From Phoronis australis (taxonomy: Eukaryota; Animalia; Phoronida): a stretch of 64,000 nucleotides of DNA. The position numbers were made by a program, and so were the translations under genes. This document shows, piece by piece, positions 12,765-37,684 of the stretch; within the stretch, counting starts at the first letter, position 1; every line of letters starts with the position of its first letter. The notes beneath the pieces were generated by a model, which saw nothing but the letters and a program-made list of their open reading frames with translations, was not told the DNA's origin and did not search any database. The stretch lies in the NCBI GenBank assembly GCA_002633005.1, contig NMRA01000601.1, forward strand, positions 111,405 through 175,404, written 5' to 3'.

Positions 12765-15700
12765 ATGAGAATCACTAACAGAAAACTTGCGACATTATCG
12801 GGTCTATTTGGAATAGTTGTTATTTCATGGCTTATCTACTGGAGCGAGAATCTATTCGTAGGTAAGTGTTAAATGAGTTCACGTCACCTTGCATGAATAC
12901 CTGGGATAATAGTGCATTTTACAAGTTAAGTATCGTCATCAGCATCGTCAGCTATCAGTTGCTTTCGGCAGGGGAGTCAATGACTACGCAACACTGGCGC
13001 ATCTTGGATGTCGTTAAGGTGAAGAACCTTGCTTTTTGTAAGATTGGATACATGTAAGAATAAATCTTTTATCTTCATTTCTATTTAACTTTAAAATCGA
13101 CATCTTGCCTAGTGGAGACAAAAAATATTTCCCAGACCCACCTCAACCGCGTGAAAATATGTTTACTATCCAAGTTCTACGGTTACAGAGCTGTCACTCG
13201 AATTGAATCTTCCGCCAGGCGCATGCCAGATCAGTTCCTTATAAACTCGCAATCCTTTTATTCACTGGGTCGTCATAATATTGAGTCAAAGAGGTTCTAT
13301 GTACATAGCATAGAAAGATGACGCGCTTTTAAGAGTTCCCACCATGACCCCGTGTCTCAAAAATTTTTATTAATGCATTTTAAGAGATTTAATAGCCTTT
13401 AGTATACCTGTTGCAAAGAAACGAATCAAAATTAAAAAAATATATTTTTCTGTTATTTTGGTTGTACGTAATGGGTGGAAGACCGTCTCCGCCGTTGTTA
13501 TTTTTACCAGTGTGATACTAAGGAGTTGTGAGGAAAGTCCGCGGAGGGCCGCCTTTTTCTGACATGAAAAGGTGTGTTTGTGAAGACTGTAGTAAAAGCA
13601 ACGTGACTGAGAACGTCCCTGTTCCCAAATTTCCTAAATACGAGAAATTTGCACAGAAATGGCATCTGTTTGTAAGCCGCACGAGTGTAGAACATCAGCG
13701 TAGAATATGCGATTCAGGAACCACACCTTGTTCGGCACATGTTTAGATCAAACACAAAAGCGGCGTTACGATGAAGGACTCGCCATATAACTAACTGTAA
13801 GGGTTTTAAATATTATAAATAACGAACAAACTGCTTCCAGTGATGCCAGGCCTTCGACTCTTGCCCAGATCGAGTGCTACGACACGTACTGTAGGCTTAT
13901 GCATTGTGCTCATTCCATCATGGCAATAGTGAATATGCGAGTGACTCAGGTTTACTGTGGCCTTTGCCAGTCGGTGATTATGAAGTGTCTATTTTGTGAA
14001 TTTTGACCACCTCTTGGTTCTGTTGGTTGTGACTCTCATATGTCTGTAAGATTTCTCGTGCAAGTGGGTCGTGTTCATCATATGGCCTGACTTCGCGTTT
14101 AACCTAGTTTGACTCGAATCGAGGTACCGAAACCCGACTTACAAAATTAAAACCTTTTTATTGACAATTATGTAATTACGTGCTGCGAGTAAGCGTAGAA
14201 GTAACAAACATGGTTAAAGGCATGTATAGGCTAGAAACGAGTTTCCACCGAATTATTAAGCGAAAACAACGAGACTTTCAAGACTCGCGATGTTTTTCTT
14301 TACTCGTTCACGACTTCGGCAAATCGACCTAATCTGAACTTAAGGAACACGGGCTCTCGAAAATGGCTAGATGGATTTCAATGAAAATTTACAATTTTAA
14401 TATTTATTTATCATTCTCAAAAACGCTGATAGGTTTTTTAAAGCCCTAGTTTTATTGTATTATGTAATAGACGAATACTACCGCTGTTTTTTTGCGAAAA
14501 TGTCTCCTTTTTGAGAGTTCATTTGGCGTAGAAACCAAAGTAAATGAGTAACCAAAAATTCCTAACACAGTTGTTGAAAAATGTTGACAAGTTTTCATTT
14601 AAAGAACATTTCATTTCATTGAGGTATTTGTGTTAAAGTGAAAAATTGACTTAAAAAGGTGGTCACGTTAAGATAACCATGACACGAAGTACGAAATGTA
14701 TCTTTTTTCTTTCCGAAATTACATACTTTTACGTGCTGACGCACCATAGTTTTTCCTACATAATCTGAAAGCTAGGACGAGGGATGGGGGGCAACCATAG
14801 TTTTCGAACGAAAATGTCTAAAAACGATGTGCCTAATTTGGTCCCAAACGTCCTCCCGAGGTTTCCCGAGGTCTGCCCGTGCACAAATCATGAAAAAACG
14901 TCACGCCGTTTCATTGTAAATTTCTTTCCCAGACTAGCGAGGCTATCATTCCGAAGTGCAATAATTCTTTGCGATTGTGTAAAAGACATGACTTTATCTT
15001 ATCTGAGTCTTCTGTTTCCAAATCAACTCAGTTCCATGCTATCATGCCACGACAAAACCTCGCGCCATCCTTCACAACTCTGGTTGTTGGACATCCGCAA
15101 AAAACGAAGAGGGCACCACTGTCTCCGGAGAGCACGTGGGGTTTATCAGCGACGCAATGACACCAGAAACGTGTGTTCACTACTGCCACAGTAATAACAG
15201 AACATATGCGTTAATCAAGGTAAGTTATACTAAAATGTCTAAATCACCATTCGGGGCTGTTTGAATAAGCTATACTCATTTACTGCAGCAAGTGCGGTAG
15301 GTACATATCGGCACGTTTTTCTGTATTTGTTTACTGGAAAACGGGTTGTTTCCCATTGGGCGCCCAATGCAAAGAAGACCAGTATGGAGGCCATTATATA
15401 GTATTTAGCACCAACGAGTTTCTATATCACGGTCTTCGTACCGTCCCATTTGCAAAGCGCGTGCGCGTGCGTGTGTGGGGAGGTTAATCACCCACGCTAA
15501 AAAAAAACGGAGCTCACTTTTTGTGTTAAACAAGCTAGTCCGAAAAGGCCAATTTTACGCGTACAGTCCGTAAAATATGGCATGCTCCCGTCATGTCCAG
15601 GACTGAATAACGAGTACGGAACATAATGACGCCTATGCAAAACAGCCCGTTGAACNTCCTTCACAACTCTGGTTGTTGGACATCCGAAAAAAACGAAGAG

Positions 15701-18700
15701 GGCACCACTGTCTCCGGAGAGCACGTGGGGTTTATCAGCGCCGCAATGACACCGGAAACGTGTGTTCACTACTGCCACAGTAATAACAGAACATATGCGT
15801 TAATCAAGGTAAGTTATACTAAAATGTCTAAATCACCATTCGGGGCTGTTTGAATAAGCTATACTCATTTACTGCCGCAAGTGCGGTACATATCGGCACG
15901 TTTTTCTGTATTTGTTTACTGGAAAACGGGTTGTTTCCCATTGGGCGCCCAATGCAAAGAAGACCAGTATGGAGGCCATTATATAGTATTTAGCACCAAC
16001 GAGTTTCTATATCACGGTCTTCGTACCGTCCCATTTGCAAAGCGCGTGCGCGTGCGTGTGTGGGGAGGTTAATCACCCACGCTAAAAAAAAACGGAGCTC
16101 ACTTTTTGTGTTAAACAAGCTAGTCCGAAAAGGCCAATTTTACGCGTACAGTCCGTAAAATATGGCATGCTCCCGTCATGTCCAGGACTGAATAACGAGT
16201 ACGGAACATAATGACGCCTATGCAAAACAGCCCGTTGAACAGATGTTTTCAAATGCGCCCGTGCGCCGTTGATTGTGACCTCTTTGAAATGACCTGTATA
16301 CATTCAGTGCCCGATATTAAGCCGTAAACGTAACAAGCTCGCGTCAAATAACAAAACACCTGTCTTCCATGGACTGTACCGCCGCAGAGACTAGATGACT
16401 CAGATCTGTTCTGGCTCAAGATTGGACAATAGAAATGACGTTGAGTAACTTAGCAACAAAGACTGGCCCTCCCCAAGATTTACACCACGTGACGTTCACA
16501 GATTGGTCACCTCATTACAACTATTCTCTTTTGGTTCTATATTGATGTCCGATGGATAACAGCAAGACATTAGTAACCTCACTGTCAACTCACGCTACTT
16601 TTCAAATATGGATTAAGTCAATACAACCAGGAACTTGACTGTATTTTCGAATTGGACGAAGGCGACTGCGCGTTCGGCTAGAAGCTGCTTCACAAGTTGG
16701 CCAGTGTCGTAAAACAACGATTGCTTTACGGCTTTTTGGCAAACTGTATGGGACCCCCTAGGGCTTTTAGGACTTAACTTAACTAAAGTCACTTTTTTAT
16801 ACATTTATTGCCCAAACAACAGCACAAAGCCAGTCTGAGGTTGGGGGCCTCAGTTCTGGCTTTAACAAAAGTATATAATATTAACTAATAAATATATAAG
16901 GCAATAAAATGCAACTTAAAGGGGGAAGGGGAGCGGGGGAAGGACTTTCACACGCCATTCACACACACACACACTCACTTTTCATGCAAGAGACACCAGG
17001 GTAGAATTTAGTAGCTGTCTCGCGGCAAGAAAAATTAGCCAAATTCACGCGTTCTCATACTACAATATCTCACGCAATCTCGCGAATCTTGCTGTTTAGG
17101 GAGGTCCTAGCGTAAGTCCTAGCATTACTGAACTCTACCCAGGCCTTGAAATATGGATGCATCTGAATGATTTGTCTTTTACACATTCATGCAAATGCTC
17201 AATCATCTTCGTTGTAGAATGGAACACGATGCTGGTGCAAGGCGTCATTTGAGGACTATGTTCCGTCTGAGTTATGCGTTTTGACATGCCCTGGAGACGT
17301 AAATGGACACTTTACCTGCGGGAGTGAATTATCGTTTAATATGTATTATCAAGGTAGGTTTTGACCCAACCGATTGCATAGTAATATATGAAATAAAACA
17401 CCAGTGCGGTTTTTGGGATCTTGCTCTCGATGGATACCGATCCTTTTTAGTACTCGCCAACTCATGTGTTTTCTGGTGAGCTACCAGCTTTATTTTTATT
17501 TCATGATGTTTTATTTTCAAATGTTTAGAAGGACTGGTGACACCTTTATCTAAAGCCCTCATTCTTGGATACATGCGCGCCGGATCTACTTTCACTGCTG
17601 AAATCTTCAGCATGATGCCTGCAGCATTCTACTTCTTCGAACCATTCCACGATTATACGAAACCCGACGTTTCTTACTTGTAAGTATTACTTAGGGATGT
17701 TTGACATCATAAAGAACCATGTGATCATATGAGGTTAAAGTATGTATAATTGGTAAATAAAATCATTAAGCATTAAAGTTTCATGTCAATCTGGTCGTAC
17801 CTATGACGGGCGTGGGGACGTTGTTGGGAGTACGACAATATATAATTTGTTTGACCGATATACATCACGTGTTACTACTGGCGTAAATGTAATTGTAGAT
17901 CACATTCAGGTTGAATGCCAGAATTGATTGAGTGACCGACTACCGTTCAAAGCAATTGATTCATCAATAACGAAAATGCATCTCCATTTTTTCTCTGTCA
18001 TTTTTGCTATAATAATATTACGCCTTTATTTTTGCTAGTCGAACTCCGGAGGCTGTAAAAAGAACGTCGCGCATTTTGAAGTACATTTTCAATTGTGAGA
18101 TCACAAAGATACCATCTTACGTTTTCTACCATTATAAAGATTTTAGCACGTTGGCAACACTAAGTAAAGGATTCAAAAACTTTGTCAAGTGTGATAAAGT
18201 TTACAGCGGCAATTCGCGTTCTATAAACGAGAGAACTCAATGCCTGCAGTACCTGAAGATTGCGTGCGAGCGTGCCACGATAAGAGTGGTGAAGACGATC
18301 CGTCTGGACATGACGTCAGCTGCTCTTCTTCATCGACTGGACCCGGAAGTAAAGACTATCCTCCTGGTGAGAGACCCAAGACCCCGATTTCTGTCAGTGC
18401 GTCAACTAGTTACTAATATGAATAAAAGACAAGAACAGGACATACTGGGGTGTGAAGAGCAAGTGAAAAATGTCAAAATTTCAAAGGATTTGCCAGCAAC
18501 GAGTGTTTATATGCTTAGGTATGAAGACTTGTCACTGAATCCCTTAAAAGTAGTGCACCATTTGTATAAGTTCATTAGGGTATTACCAGATCCTGCTGTG
18601 GTAAATTGGGTGAGAATGATGACTAGTAGTAACAAGAATACTCTAGGGAATTACGCTAGAGGTACAGGGAAAGTTGGTGGTCAACCCATGGACGCTAGAA

Positions 18701-18915
18701 GGAACAACTTGAAATGGGCGAAAAGTATAACGAATTTTACTGTGATACAAGAGATTCAAAAAGAATGCAAAAATATGATGATAGAATACGGTTACTTGGA
18801 AGTGGAAAATTTAAATCACGTAAGAGATTTACTTCATGCGTCTACAATCCCTGTAACAAAACCGAAAACAAAATGGTCATTTTCTAGTGCAAATCTACAA
18901 GTCCTTAAGAATTAA
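12765..18915 (+). CDS. WSC-domain carbohydrate sulfotransferase (CHST-like), paralog 2, type II membrane protein, 481 aa; exons 12765-12861, 15032-15219, 17218-17353, 17532-17679, 18039-18915
   Basis: Exon 1 encodes MRITNRKLATLSGLFGIVVISWLIYWSENLFV (basic tail plus TM anchor) and ends at G|GTAAGT. The spliced length of 1446 nt is a multiple of 3. Exon sizes 188/136/148/877 match paralog 1. Motifs GYMRAGSTF, FYFFEP, LVRDPR and RYEDL are present. Confidence 0.9.
13564..13790 (+). pseudogene. THAP zinc-finger remnant of a DNA transposon, in intron 1 of sulfotransferase 2
   Basis: MKRCVCEDCSKS...PKFPK...AQKWHLFVSRT...CSAH matches the THAP C2CH pattern with conserved P and W; the frame ends right after the His. 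Confidence 0.65.
15068..16240 (+). repeat. Direct duplication of about 585 bp (15068-15655 / 15657-16240) joined at a single N; probable assembly (haplotype overlap) artefact
   Basis: The copies differ only by a few SNPs and a 4-bp indel. The junction is exactly the lone N at 15656. The second copy lacks the exon acceptor. Confidence 0.8.
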
Positions 18916-19194
18916 TAAATGCATAATACACTAGCAGTACGTTCGATTGTTTTGACAATGTTTGCTATCAATGACGATACCTTATATTAAAGTACAATTT
19001 CCAGGATTTACCCAAGCTCCTTTCCTTTTTTCTAATGTAAAGCGGAAAGGGTATTTTTAAAGATATAAACTGTCTCTGTTCTAAGGAAGACTTCATCTAG
19101 TCCTGCGATGGCAGTTTCTTTATAACCCCTGCAGTGGTTCCACGCGTAGGTTTTGAAACGCCGAATTTATCTTTATGTTTAAAGGAAATTATCT

Positions 19195-19294
19195 GCGACT
19201 CGAGAAGTGATTTTCTGAGATCAGCTTCAGCGCGGAATCGAACCTGCAACCGCGCGGTCGCAGCCTAACGCTCCGCTGACGAAGCAAAATCCCA
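19195..19294 (-). mobile_element. tRNA-derived SINE head
   Basis: Minus strand ...GGTTGCAGGTTCGATTCCGCGCTGAAGCTGATCTCAGAAAATCACTT has a B-box/T-arm; diverged homolog at 43358-43428. Confidence 0.55.
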
Positions 19295-20008
19295 CTAGAT
19301 AAATGGTAATACTGTCGGCCTTCGATGGTGTTACGTAACCGAAGGTTGGAATAAAATTACAATTCTTGGCCATCTTTACAGCAGTGTATGTTGTTAAATA
19401 GTTATGGTCAAAAGTAAAAATAAGTCTATCCCATCCAACAATAAACACAAATATGGGGTTTCAGCCCTAAAGCCGACTGTGTCCCTTGAAAACGCTGTGA
19501 TTGTTGATTTTCTGTTGTGCTTAAAATTAATCCATTTGTTTCAATCAAAAAGCATTTTTATGCAACACACTTTTCTTCCATTAACAATAACGCCAGATGG
19601 CGCTGTGTGAAATAGTGTATAGTTCTGCATGGACAATACATTCGCGGTAACATCTAACTCATGAGGCCACAGAAATCTTGGAACAGACCATCTAGGAACA
19701 GAAGGCAACATTTTTAATTTTTCCAGGAAATACATCATCTTGACCAATTTGAACTTAATAATACTGCTTGATGTCGTTATCTACTCAACATCATTTTTTG
19801 AATGATTTCAGCCAGTATGTCTTTTTATAAATTTTGACAGTACTTATAACTGTGTTCATGGCTGGTTTGCAGAAAAGACAAGACAAGACAAGACAGGAAA
19901 AATAAAGATTCGAATATATGCCAATGGCCTTTATATTCGGGATTATTGCATTAATAGATGTTCCCAGAAAATACATCAGTTATTTTGCCCACAAGGACAA
20001 GGACTTAA

Positions 20009-20341
20009 AAGGATAGTAAACCCTGTTTGGATGATTTCAACCAATCCTCGTCCTGTCACCTGTTAACGCATCATTGGCGTCAATCTAGCAAGTTCAAGGC
20101 AGGAATCTACTAGAAACTCATACAACCTATGTCACAGACTGGATATTATGGTCGTTGGTTGGTGTTCTTTTCCCACAGTTGCCGTGTAATTCGCTAAAAG
20201 CGTAGGTCAGTGCGCTTTCCCGTTTTGCAGATTTTGAAAAGAGTTTTCAAATTTTCCTCCAAAATTTTGAGAGATGTCGAGGATTACAGAGCGTTATTTT
20301 GTTTCAGAGAACTGAGTGGGAAAACTGGGTTTGCTATCCCT
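20009..20341. mobile_element. Kolobok-type non-autonomous DNA transposon (TTAA TSD)
   Basis: TTAA|AAGGATAGTAAACCC...GGGTTTGCTATCCCT|TTAA; homologous copies at 37058-37411 and 45477-45813. Confidence 0.8.
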
Positions 20342-20624
20342 TTAAATACTGGATTTGAATTTACATATTTATGAGCTTTATCTATGCATGCTGATAATTA
20401 GGTCACGTAACGAAGTTTGAGACTAGCAAGTACTAGGCTTAGCACACCACAAAAACTGTGTCCCTCCGCGTGATTGAAATTCTTGAGCAATGACAACACA
20501 TTTACATATGACAAAATACGATAAACGACATGCTTAATGAAATACAAACGTTTCACTTCGCTCTAAATTCTAGTCGGTTAAAAAGAAACGTTTTTGTGAC
20601 CATGGCATATCTCAGATGAACACA

Positions 20625-32824
<12,200 letters not shown>

Positions 32825-35758
32825 GATGGTGTCTCGGTCCGGTGACTCCACAAAACGCAGCCTCGGCTTGTGCTTACAACTCGTCTTCTGAAGACAACAG
32901 TAAAAGTATGCGAGTCTGTCACCAACGACCTCTGACCTCAGGGCAGGGCAAGGCAAGTGACGGTTGATGATAAATACGCGACATGGTCTGGAAATCTTCA
33001 CGTAAAAATATTTGCAATCACGGTCACGTTCACAAAAGTTTTCTTTAAATAGAGAGAAAATGAAAATTTTCAAAGCAAGCTAAAATCAATAAAATCGAAA
33101 AAAGAAAAGTGAAAAGTGTCAAAACCCGCCTTGATCAACGTGTAGTGGTGCGCCCCCTTTTATCACCGAAGAATGTCAACTTTCTACATTGTAAGTGCAG
33201 AACTGTGCGGTGCGTGAACTAGGAATCTTGCTTAATCTCAAGATCGCGTATGCGTGAACTTGGAATTGAATATTCATCTGGGCAATCAGGTGAATTTTTT
33301 GTTCAGTGTAAAGAATATTTGTAATTACTGTCCTCACGACCGCCCATTTTCTCCTTTACCGTAACCCTGTGTTAAAGAATCAGAATATGTGAACGGTTAG
33401 AGTCAAACATTGTTTGCTGATTAAGATCGCCAATAGTCGAAAAGGTTGGCTGAAATTTACTTTATTTTATTAACATGTAATGTGATTTAGTGCAGTGCAA
33501 ATTTTTATCTAGGTGAACGTGATTATTTGAATGAACCTGTCAAGTCTTCTCGTGCATTCCACGTTGCGCATGCGCAATCTTGAGGTTAAGCAGCATTCGA
33601 AGTTCAGGCACAGACAAGACGTGCCGAACCATTTACTTGAACACAAGGCGACGATACTGTCGTTTTCAATGAGGAAAGTAACGCCAGCTAAATTTTATAA
33701 CATTTTTTGCAGAATTCAGAGATGAATTAGGGTCTGGATGAACGAGTTAACTTGGTTCCGCATGGGTAGGCATGGGCCAAACGTCGTGTGAGACTAAGAG
33801 TAAAATCATCGGAAAACTTGACACCGTGCAGCACTGTGTAATGCACTTCAGAGGCGTAGGTAGGTTTTCTTCGGGGACGAGGAGGGGGCGGGGTCGGGGG
33901 TGTAGACAACCGCCACTATTTCTCGGCACCACATTGTTTGTAAAAGATCCGTTATTGCTAAATCAATGGTTCACTTCGGTTTATTATGAATGGACCCGTC
34001 TAAATGTGAAAGTGTTTCTGTGTTATACGTTAATTATTTAGCTATCACAAACTTCTTCTTGCTCGCTTTTTTCTCATTAAATTAATTGGTACTTCAAAAT
34101 CACCAAATGGCGTGGCTACCATGCATTGAAAACCAGGTGGATTCATTTGCCACATACAATCCGCGTCCTCATGTAATCATCCGAGTTTCAGTTCAACTAG
34201 CAGTTGCCCGACTATCAAGAAAGCGCTGTCCAACTCGCTTTCCAGATGAGGCTTTACCTCAAAAATTGTCGTTGTTTTATCGCCCGTTATATGGCGTTCT
34301 TATCGTTACTTCTACTAACCCCTTTCAGCAAACCAGAGAACGTTGTCAAACTTTGGACGGCTTACTCATAGCCGTCTTTCATACCTGATTTAGTTACCCA
34401 CTTCTCCAGTCAGTCATTTTTGGCCCTTGATTTTGAGTAGCAGGCTATTAGCCAGATATCGCCATTCTGTCACGTGTGCATCAATATCTTTCCACTGAGA
34501 AGACTGCAATGTGTCGTTTGGACTCTTCCCACATGTTGCTGGGTGCAATGTATTGTTTGCTGGTGGATGAACTGTTGGCTGTTTTGATGGTTTGTAACAT
34601 GTCATGGGCGAGTAACATGATGACGTGATGTGTGATGGGCATACTGTTGGTATTCATGCTGGCACATTCACTGCTGTGTGATTTCAGTAGTATCGCAGGG
34701 AGTCACGTGGAAATATTCTATGATACTTGAATTGAGACTTTTTCCCGCGCGGTGCGCTGCAGGACACAGGAATTTCGCGAGTGTGGTGTACCAAGCGACT
34801 ATTCAGTTTAGTTTAGTTACAGACGCAAGCGCCACGCCGAAGCAATGTACGTTTGTGAAAAGTCAGTGCTTTCTTTGATTTCGTAATCTACGGTACAACT
34901 TGTTAATTTTCGGCATCATGTATGCATAAACGCGCACGAAAGTTGTTCAAATTCAATGAGAGAAGTTGACGTTATTGGAAAATAATAGAGAAAGTAGAAG
35001 TGCACCAAGGTAATAGTTATTGCACGTGTACTTATAATTACCACACGACTTGAAAACCAGGACATTGTAAGTGTGGTTTGAGATTTGTGGGATTTCAATA
35101 CTCGAGTCCACCATCGTTCACAATCTTGATTGAAAATTTTTAAATATTAAAATTAGGCATACTAATACCACCTGCGATTCACATATACATAGATGTCAGA
35201 GTAACACCTGCTAAAACCAATATATTACGAAAGCTGTTTCGAACTCCCTTAACAAAAGTCGGCTAAGTGACGAAGTTATTTGTCACTTGTGAACAAAATG
35301 AAAGGAAATAAAATTTTATTATTACAGTGTAGTTCAATAGCAAGTCCAGCTGCTCGTTTCATGAAAACTGACTTAAGACTTACGACAAAAGAGAACAAAA
35401 TTGTAAAGGTAAGGCCGACATTCGGGCTAAAGTCAAGAGCGAACACGAAAATTCCTAAAAGACCGTGACATGGACACAAAGTCGGATTTTGGCTTGCGCC
35501 ACCTGTTGCGAAATCACAAAACTATGCGAGGCGGTGTGTGAAATGGGGCATCAAGAATAATCTTCATCTTAAAACTCTAAATACATTTACATTTTGGATA
35601 AAATTGAAATCTCGTTGGCTTCAGAACATCCTGGTGTGGCTGGAAAATATCATTTCACATGTGCCGGAAAGACAAAGTGCATTGTTTCTACGGCCTTTGC
35701 TGGTTCTCTTATCGAAAGTAGACAATTTTCATTCTGACGTTGTTTAGGAACATTAGAC

Positions 35759-36873
35759 CACAGACGCTTGGGTTTATCTGTTCCTCGATCGCAAATGACG
35801 TCACTCAATAATATATATAAGAAAACATAAAGGCTCCCAACTTCAACCGTCCAAAATCCGAATAAAATCTGCGTGCACCTCCCCCAGTCTGGTGTTGCAT
35901 AAACGTTCGAAGCCTTATCTTTCCAAGATCCCATTAACTGTCTTCGTGAGTGGTGAAGTGGCGATGGAATTTGCAAAACAATCTCAAAACTCTGAATTCA
36001 AGGACCTGAAGTAGTAAACATGGCGGATTTCAGTTGTGCTTCAACTTGTACGCCTGTCGTAGGTGAAACTTCGAGTTTGAGCAAGCAACCTATATTTCAA
36101 ATTCAATAATTCTAATCCAAAACTCAACTAATTGAGAATGTTAAAGTTAGTATTTTAATGATTATTTGTAACTTTATTCCACTGACGGCTCATTTTAGCC
36201 CTTAACTTAGAATTTTATAACATAAACTGGCGTATCTTGTTTCTCATCTTGACATCACGCAGTTTTTTGATTGAAGCACAACACACACTCGGCCAGGAAA
36301 CGCAGTCCGTGCAAGTATTACAATGCGCGTGGCCGACGAGTTAACTCAATGGTTTTGGCCAAAAGTAAAACCTTCATAAGAAATCACAGTACACAAAAAA
36401 CTTCGCATATCAATACAGTATCAGGATAATTTATATTTGACACAAATATGTGAGTAATTTCATTTATTTGGCAATAAAGTGCTCTCTGCTTCTCATGATC
36501 AAGTAGTCGAGGGATTGACGATGAAAGCCGCGCGAAATTAGACTTTCGAATTTAGCTCGGGAGCGTCCGTCAAAAATCCGGATGTGCGAAGACCGTCTGC
36601 CATGACATCACGGAATCACTTCCTTGAATTTGTGATTTTGGCATTCTTTTGGCATTTTTGCCGCCAAATCACCACTCGAAGGCAATTTGAAGAGATTGAA
36701 TGAAAGAAAGTATTCTAAGAGTTGTCCGATGCTAGTTTCGTGAAGTTCCATGCACATTTGAGCAGAAAATTCTGAGCAAACAGATTTGGAGTGTCCAACC
36801 TTTATGTTTTCTTATATGTATTATTGAGTGACGTCATGTGCGATCGAGGAACAGATAAACCCAAGCGCCTGTG
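35759..36873. mobile_element. 1.1-kb non-autonomous DNA transposon (P/hAT-type) with 8-bp TSD
   Basis: TSD CATTAGAC at 35751-35758 and 36874-36881; TIR CACAG(A/G)CGCTTGGGTTTATCTGTTCCTCGATCGCA.ATGACGTCACTCAATAATA, about 75 bp, with weaker inverted similarity further in. Confidence 0.88.
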
Positions 36874-37057
36874 CATTAGACTGAGAAAAATATCAACGAA
36901 ATTTGTTTCTCAACAGATTACAGTCATTTAGACCAAAAGTCCAGTCTTGAGCTTACTCCATATCAGGCTAACTTTCAGTCTTAGCTTTGATCGAATTAGG
37001 TCTTAGTTTTAGTCTTACGAAATTACATGAAAAGGGGCAAAGACATTTTGATCTTAA

Positions 37058-37411
37058 AAGGATACTCAACCCTGTTTTGATGATTTCAACCAATCCTCGT
37101 TCTATCAATTGCTAATGCACCAGTGGCGCTAATCTTGAACGGCAAAGACAGGAAACAACTTAAAACTCCCTGTGTCACAGATTGGACGTTATGGTTCTTT
37201 CGCTATAGTTGCCGTGTACATGTAATTCGCTAAAAGCGTAGGTCACGCTTGCCCTGTTTAGTAGACTTTGATAGGAGTTTTCGAATTTTCTTCCAAACTT
37301 TTGAGGGTTGTTGGGGATTACAGAACAGTGTTTTGTACTTATCGGAGAATTGGATGGAGACGTCATTTTTAATATTCAGTGTTAATAAGTCAAAACCCGG
37401 TTGGTATCCCT
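37058..37411. mobile_element. Kolobok-type MITE copy
   Basis: TTAA|AAGGATACTCAACCC...GGTTGGTATCCCT|TTAC; homologous to 20009-20341. Confidence 0.75.
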
Positions 37412-37684
37412 TTACGTTAGCCCTATTTCAAACTAAGTAAAGGCAGAAAAAGTTTCATGAAATGGGCACCAGCAATATATTTCACATTGATATCTTCAAC
37501 TTTCTTATTTTGTCAATTCACTTGGGTGTAAAAACTGAATTAATGACGTCAGAATCAATTCAAAGGTAGTGAAACAGTACGATGGTAAACAGGATTTATT
37601 TCATTAATGGCACGCAACAGACTTGTAGCGTCCTCTTTTGAGGATACCTATAACAACCACAGTCTAAGTAACCACACGACCTCG

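Noticed and set aside
19225-19294. tRNA gene
   Set aside because: Has a B-box but no clean cloverleaf, and shares flanking body sequence with a second copy, so SINE is the better explanation.
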